Positions 52,480 to 64,000 of a stretch of DNA of 64,000 nucleotides are shown here, piece after piece. The position numbers and the translations under genes were made by a program. The stretch is taken from the NCBI GenBank assembly GCA_965644265.1, contig OZ286461.1:99138001-99202000 (forward strand), written 5' to 3'. The DNA comes from Glycera tridactyla (taxonomy: Eukaryota). The notes beneath the pieces were generated by a model, which saw nothing but the letters and a program-made list of their open reading frames with translations, made no database searches and was not told the origin of the DNA. Positions within the stretch are counted from its first letter, which is position 1; every line of letters starts with the position of its first letter.

Positions 52480-53000
52480 TTGAACATTGGTCCTGCTTTC
52501 CGCTGTGTCTTTTTCATCACATCCAAAGGAGTTGTGAAACCTGCCAGGTAAGAATTATTGAGAAGTGGAACAGAAACCATCTCACTCCAACAAATTGATG
52601 ATCTTGCCGCTGGCAGTTAACGACGATCAGACTCTTGTGTTTATTCTATCAACATTCTTAGATGGCGAAGCTTTCGCTCATACCGGATTGCTTTCTTACC
52701 AAAAATAGAATCCCTATTTGTAATCTGACCCAGGTGACATTTGGTTTCCATCATGATTAACTCGACATTCTGTATGAGTGAGTAGGATTTGTCAAGTGAC
52801 CTGACAGATTGATTTTGTGTGGTGCAGATTTTCTTTACTACAACACTCTGAAAGAAATTTCATTTTTCCGATGCTAATTTGGTCGACTGCTGCTACCCAA
52901 TATCCTGGGGGGGGGGGGTACATGGCTGACGCTGATGCACTTTATTGAAATCATTTCTATTTTCATGCGATAAGCTTGGCGATTGTTGTAAGAGGTGACT
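52480..53000 (+). pseudogene. Degenerate LINE RT remnant
   Basis: TFLDGEAFAH (FLDLxKAFD-like) at ~52655-52685; PQGSILG-like segment disrupted by poly-G at ~52900. Confidence 0.4.
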
Positions 53001-53949
53001 TGAATCAGAATAATGAGGTTGCAAATGTCACTCTGCTACTTTATCTCTTTGTGAGGATGGTGATTCTGATTATTTTCATTCACGTCCATGGTGAAATCAG
53101 AGATCTATGTCTGTTTTTCTTCTGGTATACTTGGGTAGATTACTTTGAATTTGAATTTGGAACGTTCATCTATCCTGGTCGAGGAGACGGTTAATGACCA
53201 TGTCGGCCCTCATTGAGTAAAAACTAGGATTCACATTCGAAGCAATGTACAATATACCGTGTTAAGTCAATACCAGAATTAAATAGTAACTATGATTACA
53301 CTATACAATAATCACACTGAGATATGAATGATAACGGCAGTGCAGCTAGTAGACAATGATATGATCACAAAACATGGATAAATCAAGTGATTTCAGTCAC
53401 GGGGGTTGAACGGTGCAGTGGCAGCATCGTTTCCACTATATGACAACAGCGGATGTGATATTCGAGTTTCATCATCGTGACGGCACTGCTACCACAAACT
53501 CAAGTCTGCGGAAATATAAATGGCCGCATCAGCGTGATCGTGGCTGTCCATGAAAATAGCCATTCGGTACATCGACTATATGCGACTATAAATATGATAT
53601 TTGTCAGAAAATGTTCAGTTTGTATTCGAATCCAGGATGTTTCGTTATGCGCTCCCTGAATGTTTGACACCCGTTATTGAAACATATTTATACACGAAAG
53701 CATCCCTGGGTCGTGAGTTCCTTTCAGCTGCTGAATATCTCTTGTGAGGCAAGGAAAACAACTATCTTCATCCATTTATCAGAATATATGCCCGAGTGGT
53801 TCACTATTGTAAACTTCATTTTGTAGTGAAATATACAATTAGCTGCAATATGCAGCCTTCTCCAGTATATCGTAATGAGAGTAAAGTGTGTTAAGGTAAC
53901 AACATAATGGCTAATACAGATATCGAAACTCACAACTTTTACAATAGTG

Positions 53950-55400
53950 AATGTGGCGTAGTTTCGCCATGACAGCATTGTACAGATGGCGGCTCGCCAG
54001 TAGGTAATCCGTACAGGTTCCGTCTGATTGGGCCTGCGGCTTCTGTAATCCGGCTGGTCGGAAGCACATGCCTGCCTCTTCCGGGTGCTGCTATGTACTG
54101 ACCTCTGATGAGGTAAAGCCTAGGCATTATTGTGTCTGGTGCTCGCTGACAGCTAGACGAGCGGGCCTGACGAGCACGTACAACTTCCCCATTCCACTCT
54201 CTGCCATACTTTCTCATATATATATCTAATATAAATATCCATCCATCCATGCATCTCCCTTGCCTCTCTCTATCCCTCTCCTCATCATGTCAATGTATCA
54301 TCCGTAGGGGGATCCGAGAGTATGAGGTGACAATAACGAAGAGACGTTCAAAGCCTCGGCAAATGATATAGCTCCATTTTCCCCAAGGTATTCATACGAC
54401 CATCACCAGCAGAGTTACCGGCTACTTCCACTCATTCGAAATAATTACAGATAAAACTGTTCAAACACAATATATCTTGAAGGCAAGTTTGGATAGGGAT
54501 TGAATAGAGTGAGTCTTATTCCACATGATGCCTCCCCCCCCCCCCCCTCACGGGATTTCATCGGGCACGACTCGTATGAATATGAGAGGACCATTCTATG
54601 GGAGTGTTGACACTATTTGGAAAAAAACCTGTATAGTTCGGTAATCAGTGCCAATAACGAGGTGATCAGTGAATTGAATCGCTTCGATTGACCATTTGCA
54701 CGATTGCAACGGTCGATGAAATCATTTCAACACTTCAGTCCCGATTCCGGTACCAAAAGGATGATTCTACATTGAAATATGCTCATTTAAGCTCCAAATG
54801 GTGACAATTTCGCGTGGAGTAGATTTGATGATGATAGCAAAAAATGTTGCTAGCGAATTGTCCAAGCCCTGAAGCTGACAGATGTCATTTATGAGAGGGA
54901 GAGGATCCTTGTGAAAACAGCTGAGTCCAGATAGATAACTGCAGGCAGACTAACGTCATAGACTCCAGTGAGCCTTGACTAGTGAGTGTTATGACAGTGT
55001 ACTCTGAGCATGGGATCGACTTCACTGTAATGCTAGATCAAAGTTGAACCTTCATCAATGACATCGTTTAAGAGTCTGATGATTACTTCGAAAAGGCATC
55101 GCTGTTAACCTCGAATATCAGCTCCTATTCAATTATATATGCCATCAGTTGCTCCACCAGTGATCAATCACACATGTAGAGGTGTGTCTGAACTGTCAGG
55201 TACTTCCAATTGGCAACCTTTCTGGCTGCCCATCTTCTTGTGATCGGGGTTGGTGAGACTGATGCCTACAGGGTGATAATCCCTCAGGCTGATATATAGC
55301 GATAATTCCCCAACATACATGGTAATGTACAGATCAAGCCTAATTAGCTCTAGGGTGATACGAAACATGCTATTGATCACCATAGTGTCTTGAATACTGC
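53950..55400 (-). pseudogene. Degenerate LINE RT and C-terminus remnant
   Basis: DYHPVGISL (NYRPISL-like, ORF 55168-55383); DYRSRRPNQTEPVRIT...SWRN at ~53960-54060 resembles the YxTR...WN C-terminal pattern. Confidence 0.35.
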
Positions 55401-57929
55401 GATCTCAGCTCTACACTGTGCAGCAGCATCGCGTCTTGGTGGGCAAAGCCCCTGCTCATAGGTGATCGGAAATTGAAAAGTTCGTCATTCAATATCGAAC
55501 TTGCAAAATCACACAAATCTGTAATATTGTTCTCCAATACGCATGTGGAAGGTTCAAGATGACTGAGAGGAACCCCTCTGCTTCACAGAAATACACTCGG
55601 AATAGGCACACCTGAAAAGCTTGATTCCGAAGTGGCGGTTATCCTAGTCGACACAATCATATGCACAACCACGTGCTTTATGAGAATGGCCGCCATTATT
55701 CTGGATTATAAGCTGACATCCTGATCTCTACATAATGTAGCCGTACTGGAGCCAACAGCCAAGTGGAGGGTGGGTTGCTTACGTTTAGTTGAACTATGAC
55801 GAGAGTCTTACCTTCCAGGCATTTGTAAATACATCTAACAGAACGCACCTGTTAGTTGTAGGTAGAAGCAGCTATTAGATGCACTACTGTAACTTCAGCT
55901 GATCACCGTCGCCGTTCACTTTGAAGCGGAATCGAATGCCTCTCCACCTTTGCTGATCTTTTTTGCTTTTGGCCTTTCCATTATACCAATCATCTTTTGC
56001 ATATTTCACCCTCACAGTTTCATTGCAGTATCACTCAATGTGGCAAGTGGATATTACTGACAACATCTACATAGAAACGGAAGTCAGAATCATGATTTGG
56101 GAACATCACAAACGCTGTGTTGGAGTAATATCCTCACCGTCATGCATCGGTGCCGACATGAAGATATTTTTTGGTCAATGGTGCACAAATATGCCATACA
56201 AGTATGTGCCTGCACCGACTAGTCAAATATCTCAGAAGGATCATCATACATTGAAATCAAACATTTCTGGGTGCATGGCTTGGTCACGAGGAGAACGATG
56301 ATGAGCTCATATTTTGTTCTAGATCGAGATCTAGATGATCTCGATCGACCCTAACCTAACATATGTGAGGGGAGGTACACTATTGGTTGATGGATCACAC
56401 TTCCCACAACAGAATGGCGTTGATGAATGGTTTCAAGAAGCGGCGAACATTGTGTCTGTGGGTGATGATGGCAGGTTGTATGGTCATATCTCCTACGATG
56501 ACCAAGGCTCTTCTCTATTTGAAGTGCTTATGTGCGTTGATTTAGATCACATCGGCCCTTTGATGAAAATTGATGAAAATAATAAGAATTCCACCCCAAT
56601 AAGTCATAAGAAGAAGACATTGATTGCATAATGTATGAACAAACAGACAGGTTTGGATGGGTAGACCATCAGTCACTGTATCTACACCATTATCATGGCA
56701 CTCAACTGAGGGTGAATGTGGACAAAGCAATGATATTCATCTTGTAGAGTGCATTACAAATGTGATTGTTTCTGTGATGTAAGGTTCTAAGTGATGCCTC
56801 AGATGTGATATCGTTTGTAATGTGCCTTGTGCCACGATCGTTGAGAAACCGTGGTACCATCTATCAAGAGAGTAGTCCATCATCACCCATCCGGGAAAAA
56901 GTAATTAGAGTTTTTTTTCTTTTCAGTGAAGTGAAGAGAAGAGTTCATGTCCTGGCCTGATATGTGATGTGTGATTGATGTGTGATTGAATTATCGATTA
57001 CCTACAATGCAGCCATCGCACCTAGATCTGGGCACTTAAATCATCTGATTGATTCGTTGATTTTTGCACTAAGGTTACTGCAATGATAGTTCGAATTTCT
57101 AAACTCCTCTCCCAGAAATGACCACATGTGACCCCTGAGGAGAGGTGTGACTGCATGAGGCACAAAGAGTCCATCTCTCGTGGACATCAACGAGGTCGCA
57201 ATGGTGAATGAGGACTGAATGAGGGAGCATATTGTTTGGCAGTGAAGGGCCAAGAGAAATCATATAGACATCATGAATATCACCACATATTTATCAAAAT
57301 AGAAATGACATGAGCTTCCGCCTTTTTGTTGGTCCCGTCTTTCTTCAGAGAATCAGTTATTCCCCACACATTGTGCTATGAATGCATTACACTGATAATT
57401 AATATCAACTGAGAGTCCCCGTCTCCGAAGATGCTGCAAGACACCGCGATACTCCCGGCCATACTAAGAATGATTATTGGCGTATGACAGGAGCTGACAT
57501 GAATACCAAATAAGCAGAAGTCGCATATATTGTGGTATTATATAGACCAGATTAATGCACATCACCAGTCGAGGGAGAGGAATTGTATGAGCATAGTCGA
57601 AGCCAGCTTCATGGTTTATTATTCATGAGGGGATCTATGATTTCAGTTCCTCAGTTTTTTGTTTGTATGACATCACGCAATTACGAAATTATTGATACAT
57701 ACTTTGCTTAGTGACCTAGTTGTCCACCACGGTACTTAAACAATGAACTTTCTATTACCCGCAATCCATTACGTCTGTCCCGAGAGGGCTATATTTCGGC
57801 AAAACATTCTCGCATTAAACCTCCTCTACTAGAATAGACGAAATGTCCCAGACAGGCGATAAGATGCATCCACTTTCTCATCAGGGATGTGCAAAAAGAA
57901 TACATGACTGATCCCAACTCTTGAATGTA

Positions 57930-60900
57930 GCTTGAGGACCTTAAACCGGTTTTGACAGCGAGGTATCGAGACCCTCGACATAAGATCCACAGTTTGTCCA
58001 TCAGGCACCACATTGATTGTGGTTCACCAGCCAAATTCTGGGGACACAACGATGGGATTATCTGTCAGTCTCTACATTGATAGTGCTGCATCAATCTAAC
58101 TCTAAGGCTTGTCTCCCGGTCTTCACATCTTCACTACTTCACCACCCTGATTGTGAGGACCTCACCATAGTTTTGCCCATCAGACACCACATCTACAGTG
58201 CCGCATCATCCTGACTCAGACTACCATACAACAGGCTTATCCACCAGTCTCCGCCTCACCAGTGCTGCATTATTCTGACTCCAAGGGCATTACAAAGTCT
58301 TGTCCATCAGTCTCCACATCCATTAGGCACAGCCTCCATAGTGGTGCACCTCCCTGACCCTGACCCTGACAATAATGTCTATTAGTCACCACATCAAGAG
58401 GCTGCTTATCTCTGACTCTGAGGACCTTACGACAATGTTGTCTACTAGTCTCCACATCAACCGCCTGCTTAACTCTGACTCTGAGGACCTCACGACACTG
58501 ATATCTATTAGTCTCCACATCAACCGCCTGCTCAACTCTGACTCTGCGGACCTTACGACAATGTTGTCTATTAGTCTCCACATCAACAGACTGCATGGCT
58601 CTGACTCTGCGGACCCTACGACAATGTTGTCTATTAGTCTCCACATCAACAGGCTGCATAACCCTGACTCTGCGGACCTAACGACAATGTTGTCTATTAG
58701 TCTCCACATCAACCGCCTGCTTAACTCTGACTCTGCGGACCTCAAGACAATGTTGTCTATTAGTCTCCACCTCAACAGGCTGCTTAACTCTGACTCTGCG
58801 GACCTTACGACAATGTTGTCTATTAGTCTCCACATCAACAGGCTGCATGGCTCTGACTCTGCGGACCTTACGACAATGTTGTCTATTAGTCTCCACATCA
58901 ACAGACTGCATGGCTCTGACTCTGTGGACCTTATGACAATGTTGTCTATTAGTCTCCACATCAACAGACTGCATGGCTCTGACTCTGTGGACCTTATGAC
59001 AATGTTGTCTATTAGTCTCCACATCAACAGACTGCATGGCTCTGACTCTGCGGACCTTACGACAATGTTGTCTATTAGTCTCCACATCAACCGCCTGCTT
59101 AACTCTGACTCTGCGGACCTCAAGACAATGTTGTCTATTAGTCTCCACCTCAACAGGCTGCTTAACTCTGACTCTGCGGACCTTACGACAATGTTGTCTA
59201 TTAGTCTCCACATCAACAGGCTGCATGGCTCTGACTCTGCGGACCTTACGACAATGTTGTCTATTAGTCTCCACATCAACAGACTGCATGGCTCTGACTC
59301 TGTGGACCTTACGACAATGTTGTCTATTAGTCTCCACATCAACAGACTGCATGGCTCTGACTCTGCGGACCTTACGACAATGTTGTCTATTAGTCTTCAC
59401 ATCAACAGACTGCATGGCTCTGACTCTGTGGACCTTATGACAATGTTGTCTATTAGTCTCCACATCAACAGGCTGCATAACCCTGACTCTGCGGACCTTA
59501 CGACAATGTTGTCTATTAGTCTCCACATCAACCGCCTGCTTAACTCTGACTCTGCGGACCTTACGACAATGTTGTCTATTAGTCTCCTCATCAACCGCCT
59601 GCTTAACTCTGACTCTGCGGACCTTACGACAATGTTGTCTATTAGTCTCCACATCAACCGCCTGCTTAACTCTGACTCTGCGGACCTTATGACAATGTTG
59701 TCTATTAGTCTTCACATCAACAGACTGCATGGCTCTGACTCTGCGGACCTTACGACAATGTTGTCTATTAGTCTCCACATCAACAGACTGCATGGCTCTG
59801 ACTCTGCGGACCTTATGACAATGTTGTCTATTAGTCTCCACATCAACAGACTGCATGGCTCTGACTCTGTGGACCTTATGACAATGTTGTCTATTAGTCT
59901 CCACATCAACCGCCTGCTTGACTCTGACTCTGCGGACCTTATGACAATGTTGTCTATTAGTCTCCACATCAACTGCCTGCTTAACTCTGACTCTGCGGAC
60001 CTTACGACAATGTTGTCTATTAGTCTCCTCATCAACCGCCTGCTTAACTCTGACTCTGCGGACCTTACGACAATGTTGTCTATTAGTCTCCACATCAACC
60101 GCCTGCTTAACTCTGACTCTGCGGACCTTATGACAATGTTGTCTATTAGTCTCCACATCAATAGACTGCATGGCCCTGACTCTGCGGACCTTACGACAAT
60201 GTTGTCTATTAGTCTCCACATCAACAGACTGCATGGCTCTGACTCTGCGGACCTTATGACAATGTTTTCTATTAGTCTCCACATCAACAGACTGCATGGC
60301 TCTGACTCTGTGGACCTTATGACAATGTTGTCTATCAGTCTCCACATCAACCGCCTGCTTAACTCTGACTCTGCGGACCTTATGACAATGTTGTCTATTA
60401 GTCTCCACATCAACAGACTGCATGGCTCTGACTCTGCGGACCTTACGACAATGTTGTCTATTAGTCTCCACCTCAACAGGCTGCCTAACTCTGACTCTGC
60501 GGACCTTACGACAATGTTGTCTACTAGTCTCCACATCAACCGCCTGCTTAACTCTGACTCTGAGGACCTCACGACACTAATATCTATTAGTCTCCACATC
60601 AACTGCCTGCTCAACTCTGACTCTGCGGACCTTACGACAATGTTGTCTATTAGTCTCCACATCAACCGCCTGCTTAACTCTGACTCTGCGGACCTTACGA
60701 CAATGTTGTCTATTAGTCTCCACATCAACCGCCTGCTTAACTCTGACTCTGCGGACCTTATGACAATGTTGTCTATTAGTCTCCACATCAACAGACTGCA
60801 TGGCCCTGACTCTGCGGACCTTACGACAATGTTGTCTATTAGTCTCCACATCAACAGACTGCATGGCTCTGACTCTGCGGACCTTATGACAATGTTTTCT

Positions 60901-61420
60901 ATTAGTCTCCACATCAACAGACTGCATGGCTCTGACTCTGTGGACCTTATGACAATGTTGTCTATCAGTCTCCACATCAACCGCCTGCTTAACTCTGACT
61001 CTGCGGACCTTATGACAATGTTGTCTATTAGTCTCCACATCAACAGACTGCATGGCTCTGACTCTGCGGACCTTACGACAATGTTGTCTATTAGTCTCCA
61101 CCTCAACAGGCTGCTTAACTCTGACTCTGCGGACCTTACGACAATGTTGTCTATTAGTCTCCACCTTAACAGGCTGCTTAACTCTGACTCTGCAGACCTT
61201 ATGACAAGCTCGTCCGCCATTCTTCACATTAACAATGCTGCATTACTATGACTCTGAGGACCTTATCACATTCTTGTCCTTCAGCCTCCACATCAACAGC
61301 GCTGCACCACTCTGACTCTGGGGACATCGTGACAAGCTTGCCTGTCAGTCTTCACATCAAGCGTAATGCACCACATTGACTCTAAGAGCCTTACAACTGA
61401 CTTGTCTGTCAGTCTGGATG
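57930..61420. repeat. Minisatellite: homogeneous 63-bp core (~45 units, ~58375-61200) with degenerate 64-bp flanking units
   Basis: Core unit CTGACTCTGCGGACCTTACGACAATGTTGTCTATTAGTCTCCACATCAACAGACTGCATGGCT; flank periods of 64 bp measured at 58147/58211/58275 and 61184/61248/61312/61376. Confidence 0.97.
58375..61251 (+). CDS. 958-codon repeat ORF (SDSADLTTMLSISLHINRLHG)n; coding status unproven, probably a by-product of the 63-bp period
   Basis: Open across the whole core array; no recognisable domain, and no promoter, splice or polyA support identified. Confidence 0.15.
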   Translation: MSISHHIKRLLISDSEDLTTMLSTSLHINRLLNSDSEDLTTLISISLHINRLLNSDSADLTTMLSISLHINRLHGSDSADPTTMLSISLHINRLHNPDSADLTTMLSISLHINRLLNSDSADLKTMLSISLHLNRLLNSDSADLTTMLSISLHINRLHGSDSADLTTMLSISLHINRLHGSDSVDLMTMLSISLHINRLHGSDSVDLMTMLSISLHINRLHGSDSADLTTMLSISLHINRLLNSDSADLKTMLSISLHLNRLLNSDSADLTTMLSISLHINRLHGSDSADLTTMLSISLHINRLHGSDSVDLTTMLSISLHINRLHGSDSADLTTMLSISLHINRLHGSDSVDLMTMLSISLHINRLHNPDSADLTTMLSISLHINRLLNSDSADLTTMLSISLLINRLLNSDSADLTTMLSISLHINRLLNSDSADLMTMLSISLHINRLHGSDSADLTTMLSISLHINRLHGSDSADLMTMLSISLHINRLHGSDSVDLMTMLSISLHINRLLDSDSADLMTMLSISLHINCLLNSDSADLTTMLSISLLINRLLNSDSADLTTMLSISLHINRLLNSDSADLMTMLSISLHINRLHGPDSADLTTMLSISLHINRLHGSDSADLMTMFSISLHINRLHGSDSVDLMTMLSISLHINRLLNSDSADLMTMLSISLHINRLHGSDSADLTTMLSISLHLNRLPNSDSADLTTMLSTSLHINRLLNSDSEDLTTLISISLHINCLLNSDSADLTTMLSISLHINRLLNSDSADLTTMLSISLHINRLLNSDSADLMTMLSISLHINRLHGPDSADLTTMLSISLHINRLHGSDSADLMTMFSISLHINRLHGSDSVDLMTMLSISLHINRLLNSDSADLMTMLSISLHINRLHGSDSADLTTMLSISLHLNRLLNSDSADLTTMLSISLHLNRLLNSDSADLMTSSSAILHINNAALL

Positions 61421-62336
61421 GCTAACGCAAACCACGGCCATCCAATCCACAGTCAATGGAAATGCCAATCAGGAAATGAGAAGATGATACTCGAAGACAA
61501 GAGAGCCAACTCTTCAATGTCCACATCACCAGTTCATGGATGTGATGATTCATCAAAATATGTTCGTCAGGTGAATCATTATTCTGTTACAGTGGAACAG
61601 ACAAAGTGAGTGACCCAATCCTCATAGTTGTACATGATTCTTTCATGTAATCAATCTCTTGTAAGCATATCTTTTGATGGAAAAGTCGGGATATAACTAG
61701 ATAAAGTTGGAGTGCCAATTCCATTGTGTCCCAAACGCAATTATATGAGAGCGATGGAGAGGATGATGGCCTCTCAAAACTTGGATTAGTCTCAATTCAT
61801 GATATGCTCGGATCTACGAGTGTCAACTTGTATGTTCTGGAACGGAGAGGGTTAGAAGAAGCCTTGTGACTGACATGACAAGCCGACTTTGAAGTGGCGA
61901 TACCTCCTCTGCAAGCATGCAACAAGAATGACATGGTTGATGATCACGATGCTGTCATAATACACCGGGATTACCTCCACACCTTCATTGTAGACAATAT
62001 TACCAGCACCCTTCATCCACATCCCCATATCGGAACTGAGTAAATGACCACATGATTTTATTTGTAATGCGCGTTATACATGGCTCTTTTATCTCATCAA
62101 CCATCCCCCTAAAGCCTGATCGATGTTGAGAATTGATTGGTGAACACATCGGGCAAATATCACCCATACCTGGTGCATTTACGATCCAGCTTTCAAAATT
62201 CAGGAACACACAGGGCGAATAATCATCTGAGGGGATAATATGCAACCAATAAATCAACGGGATATCAAGCCTCTCGGTAGTGTTGGTGATACGGCTCCTT
62301 CGAATCCTGCTCTATCAGTACTCCATTATTCGATTG

Positions 62337-62495
62337 NNNNNNNNNNNNNNNNNNNNNNNNNNNNNNNNNNNNNNNNNNNNNNNNNNNNNNNNNNNNNNNN
62401 NNNNNNNNNNNNNNNNNNNNNNNNNNNNNNNNNNNNNNNNNNNNNNNNNNNNNNNNNNNNNNNNNNNNNNNNNNNNNNNNNNNNNNNNNNNNNNN
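62337..62495. other. Assembly gap (159 N)
   Basis: Run of N. Confidence 1.
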
Positions 62496-63129
62496 ATCGA
62501 TTTACACATGATCAAATGAGAAAACTTCTAATTTCATCTGATAGATCTTGAGAAATGATTGGCACAAATGTTGTTATTGTTACTTGAAGTTATGGCATTC
62601 CATTCCCTGTATATATCTAGTATCCACCTGATCACAGAAATGGAACACTGTATCACCGTTTGATCCTCACTTTCAACATCACCACTCCTACCACTACTAC
62701 AGCTACTATTACCATCAAATTCCCCTCATCACGTCTTGAGCTTTTCGAACATTACCAGACTCAATGCCTCACACTGTACATTTCACTGGGCTTATGAGTT
62801 ATGTAGCCTCCATCCCCCCATGATAATTATCTAATACGGTTCATCATGGGCCATTCACGGACTGCATATCGCGGAGATGATTGCTTCATGATCAGCCATC
62901 AACAGTGGAGATGGAATATTCATGCAAGTCTCGTAATTAGATACCGGCATTAGGAGCGGATGAGGCTGTTCCCTGGGTTGCTGAGAGCTTGATTGGTGGA
63001 TGGTGAGGCATGGTGTCGTAGGCCGTGATTGAGTAGCTTTTACCGTCTTCACACACAAGCTGGTTTATTGGAGACACATCGTCAATGGCAGTATTTTGGC
63101 TCATTCTTATCATTATTGTTATCATCATC

Positions 63130-63400
63130 ATTCAAATACCTAGCTTTATATCTTGATTGTCAATTGTCTCATAATGATCATGTTCAACACGTACGACGTA
63201 AAACCACTGGCAGTATCGTGTTTCTAGGAGGACTACGTCCTACCCTTGACGTGAAAAAACAACTTTGATGCTTCACACATGCTTGATCTCGCCGACACTT
63301 GATTATTGCGATATGATGTATGATGTCACCAGCAACAAGCAAATATTGCATTACAACTCATTCAAAATAATATAAACAGTATTGGGAAACACAAGGATAA
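63130..63400 (+). pseudogene. LINE ORF2 C-terminal fragment
   Basis: FKYLALYLDCQLSHNDHVQHVRRK...LRPTL, then LDYCDMMYD in a shifted frame. Confidence 0.65.
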
Positions 63401-64000
63401 AACCAAAACTGAGTGAAAGAAAGTTTTGATACAGATTGCCGTCAATCAGGAAAATAAATATGCTAATGACCATGGTGGCTTCCAGTTACTGTCAGCAGAT
63501 GGATTCAAGAAGTATATTAAATTATTTCTTGACTCAATTATTGACAAACAATGTACAGAGTACGGTTGTCTTTGAGCAGAAAATTGTTTCATTCGTTCAA
63601 CAATGAAGTTTCTTACATCTGGCATCATTTTTATCACCAATATTATTCAATTTATTATAGCTTTTTAGTTATTATCATTATTGCCTTTAGCAACTGCCTA
63701 GGGATATGTCAACGATCACTTTAAGGACTCATTCCCTGATCAAACAATGTGACCTATCCAGCGGGGAATTGTTCTTCATGCTCCAAAATGTAGGCTGGGT
63801 GCATGAAGCAATCACTCGACTCACATACGAATTGTCGGGAATATTATAATTATATAAAAGTCCCTGCGATATGAGTTCGAATCAAACTCTGTCACCAATC
63901 GGGGAAATACCGTATCCTATCATGATCATCATCGCAGGATAATTGAGCATTGTAGTTACTCTACTGCAGTCATGCGTGATATTGAGAGAGAATGTCATGT

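Noticed and set aside
53724-54120. Long open minus-strand frame with a GTGAGT donor-like site (~53930) as a host exon
   Set aside because: Lies where the C-terminus and 3'UTR of the 53950-55400 LINE remnant are expected; no partner exons found.

Overview
Eukaryotic (animal-like, probably invertebrate; species not identifiable from sequence) repeat-dense genomic scaffold segment with three N-gaps. No host protein-coding gene, rRNA, tRNA or CRISPR array is recognisable. Most of the window is remnants of CR1/L2-group non-LTR retrotransposons (APE endonuclease + RT ORF2) on both strands and of widely different ages. The best-preserved copy (42815-45827, +) has one nonsense codon, one frameshift and a GDFN->GNTN change in the endonuclease. 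Interspersed are a 2.2-kb non-autonomous DNA transposon with compound TIRs (17739-19953) nested in a LINE 3'UTR, a 147-bp TA-flanked MITE, an inverted-repeat pair, four minisatellites (73, 53, 86 and 63/64 bp) and microsatellites. Most interesting: a 63-bp array carrying a 958-codon ORF and flanked by out-of-frame 64-bp degenerate units; a 149-bp GC-rich hairpin in an insertion that splits a satellite; a stem-loop abutting AATAAA in five different LINE 3' ends; and a LINE fragment bracketed by a 49-bp direct repeat. I found no convincing novel protein-based system. Coordinates of degenerate fragments are approximate and family assignments come from motif recognition by eye, not from database searches.
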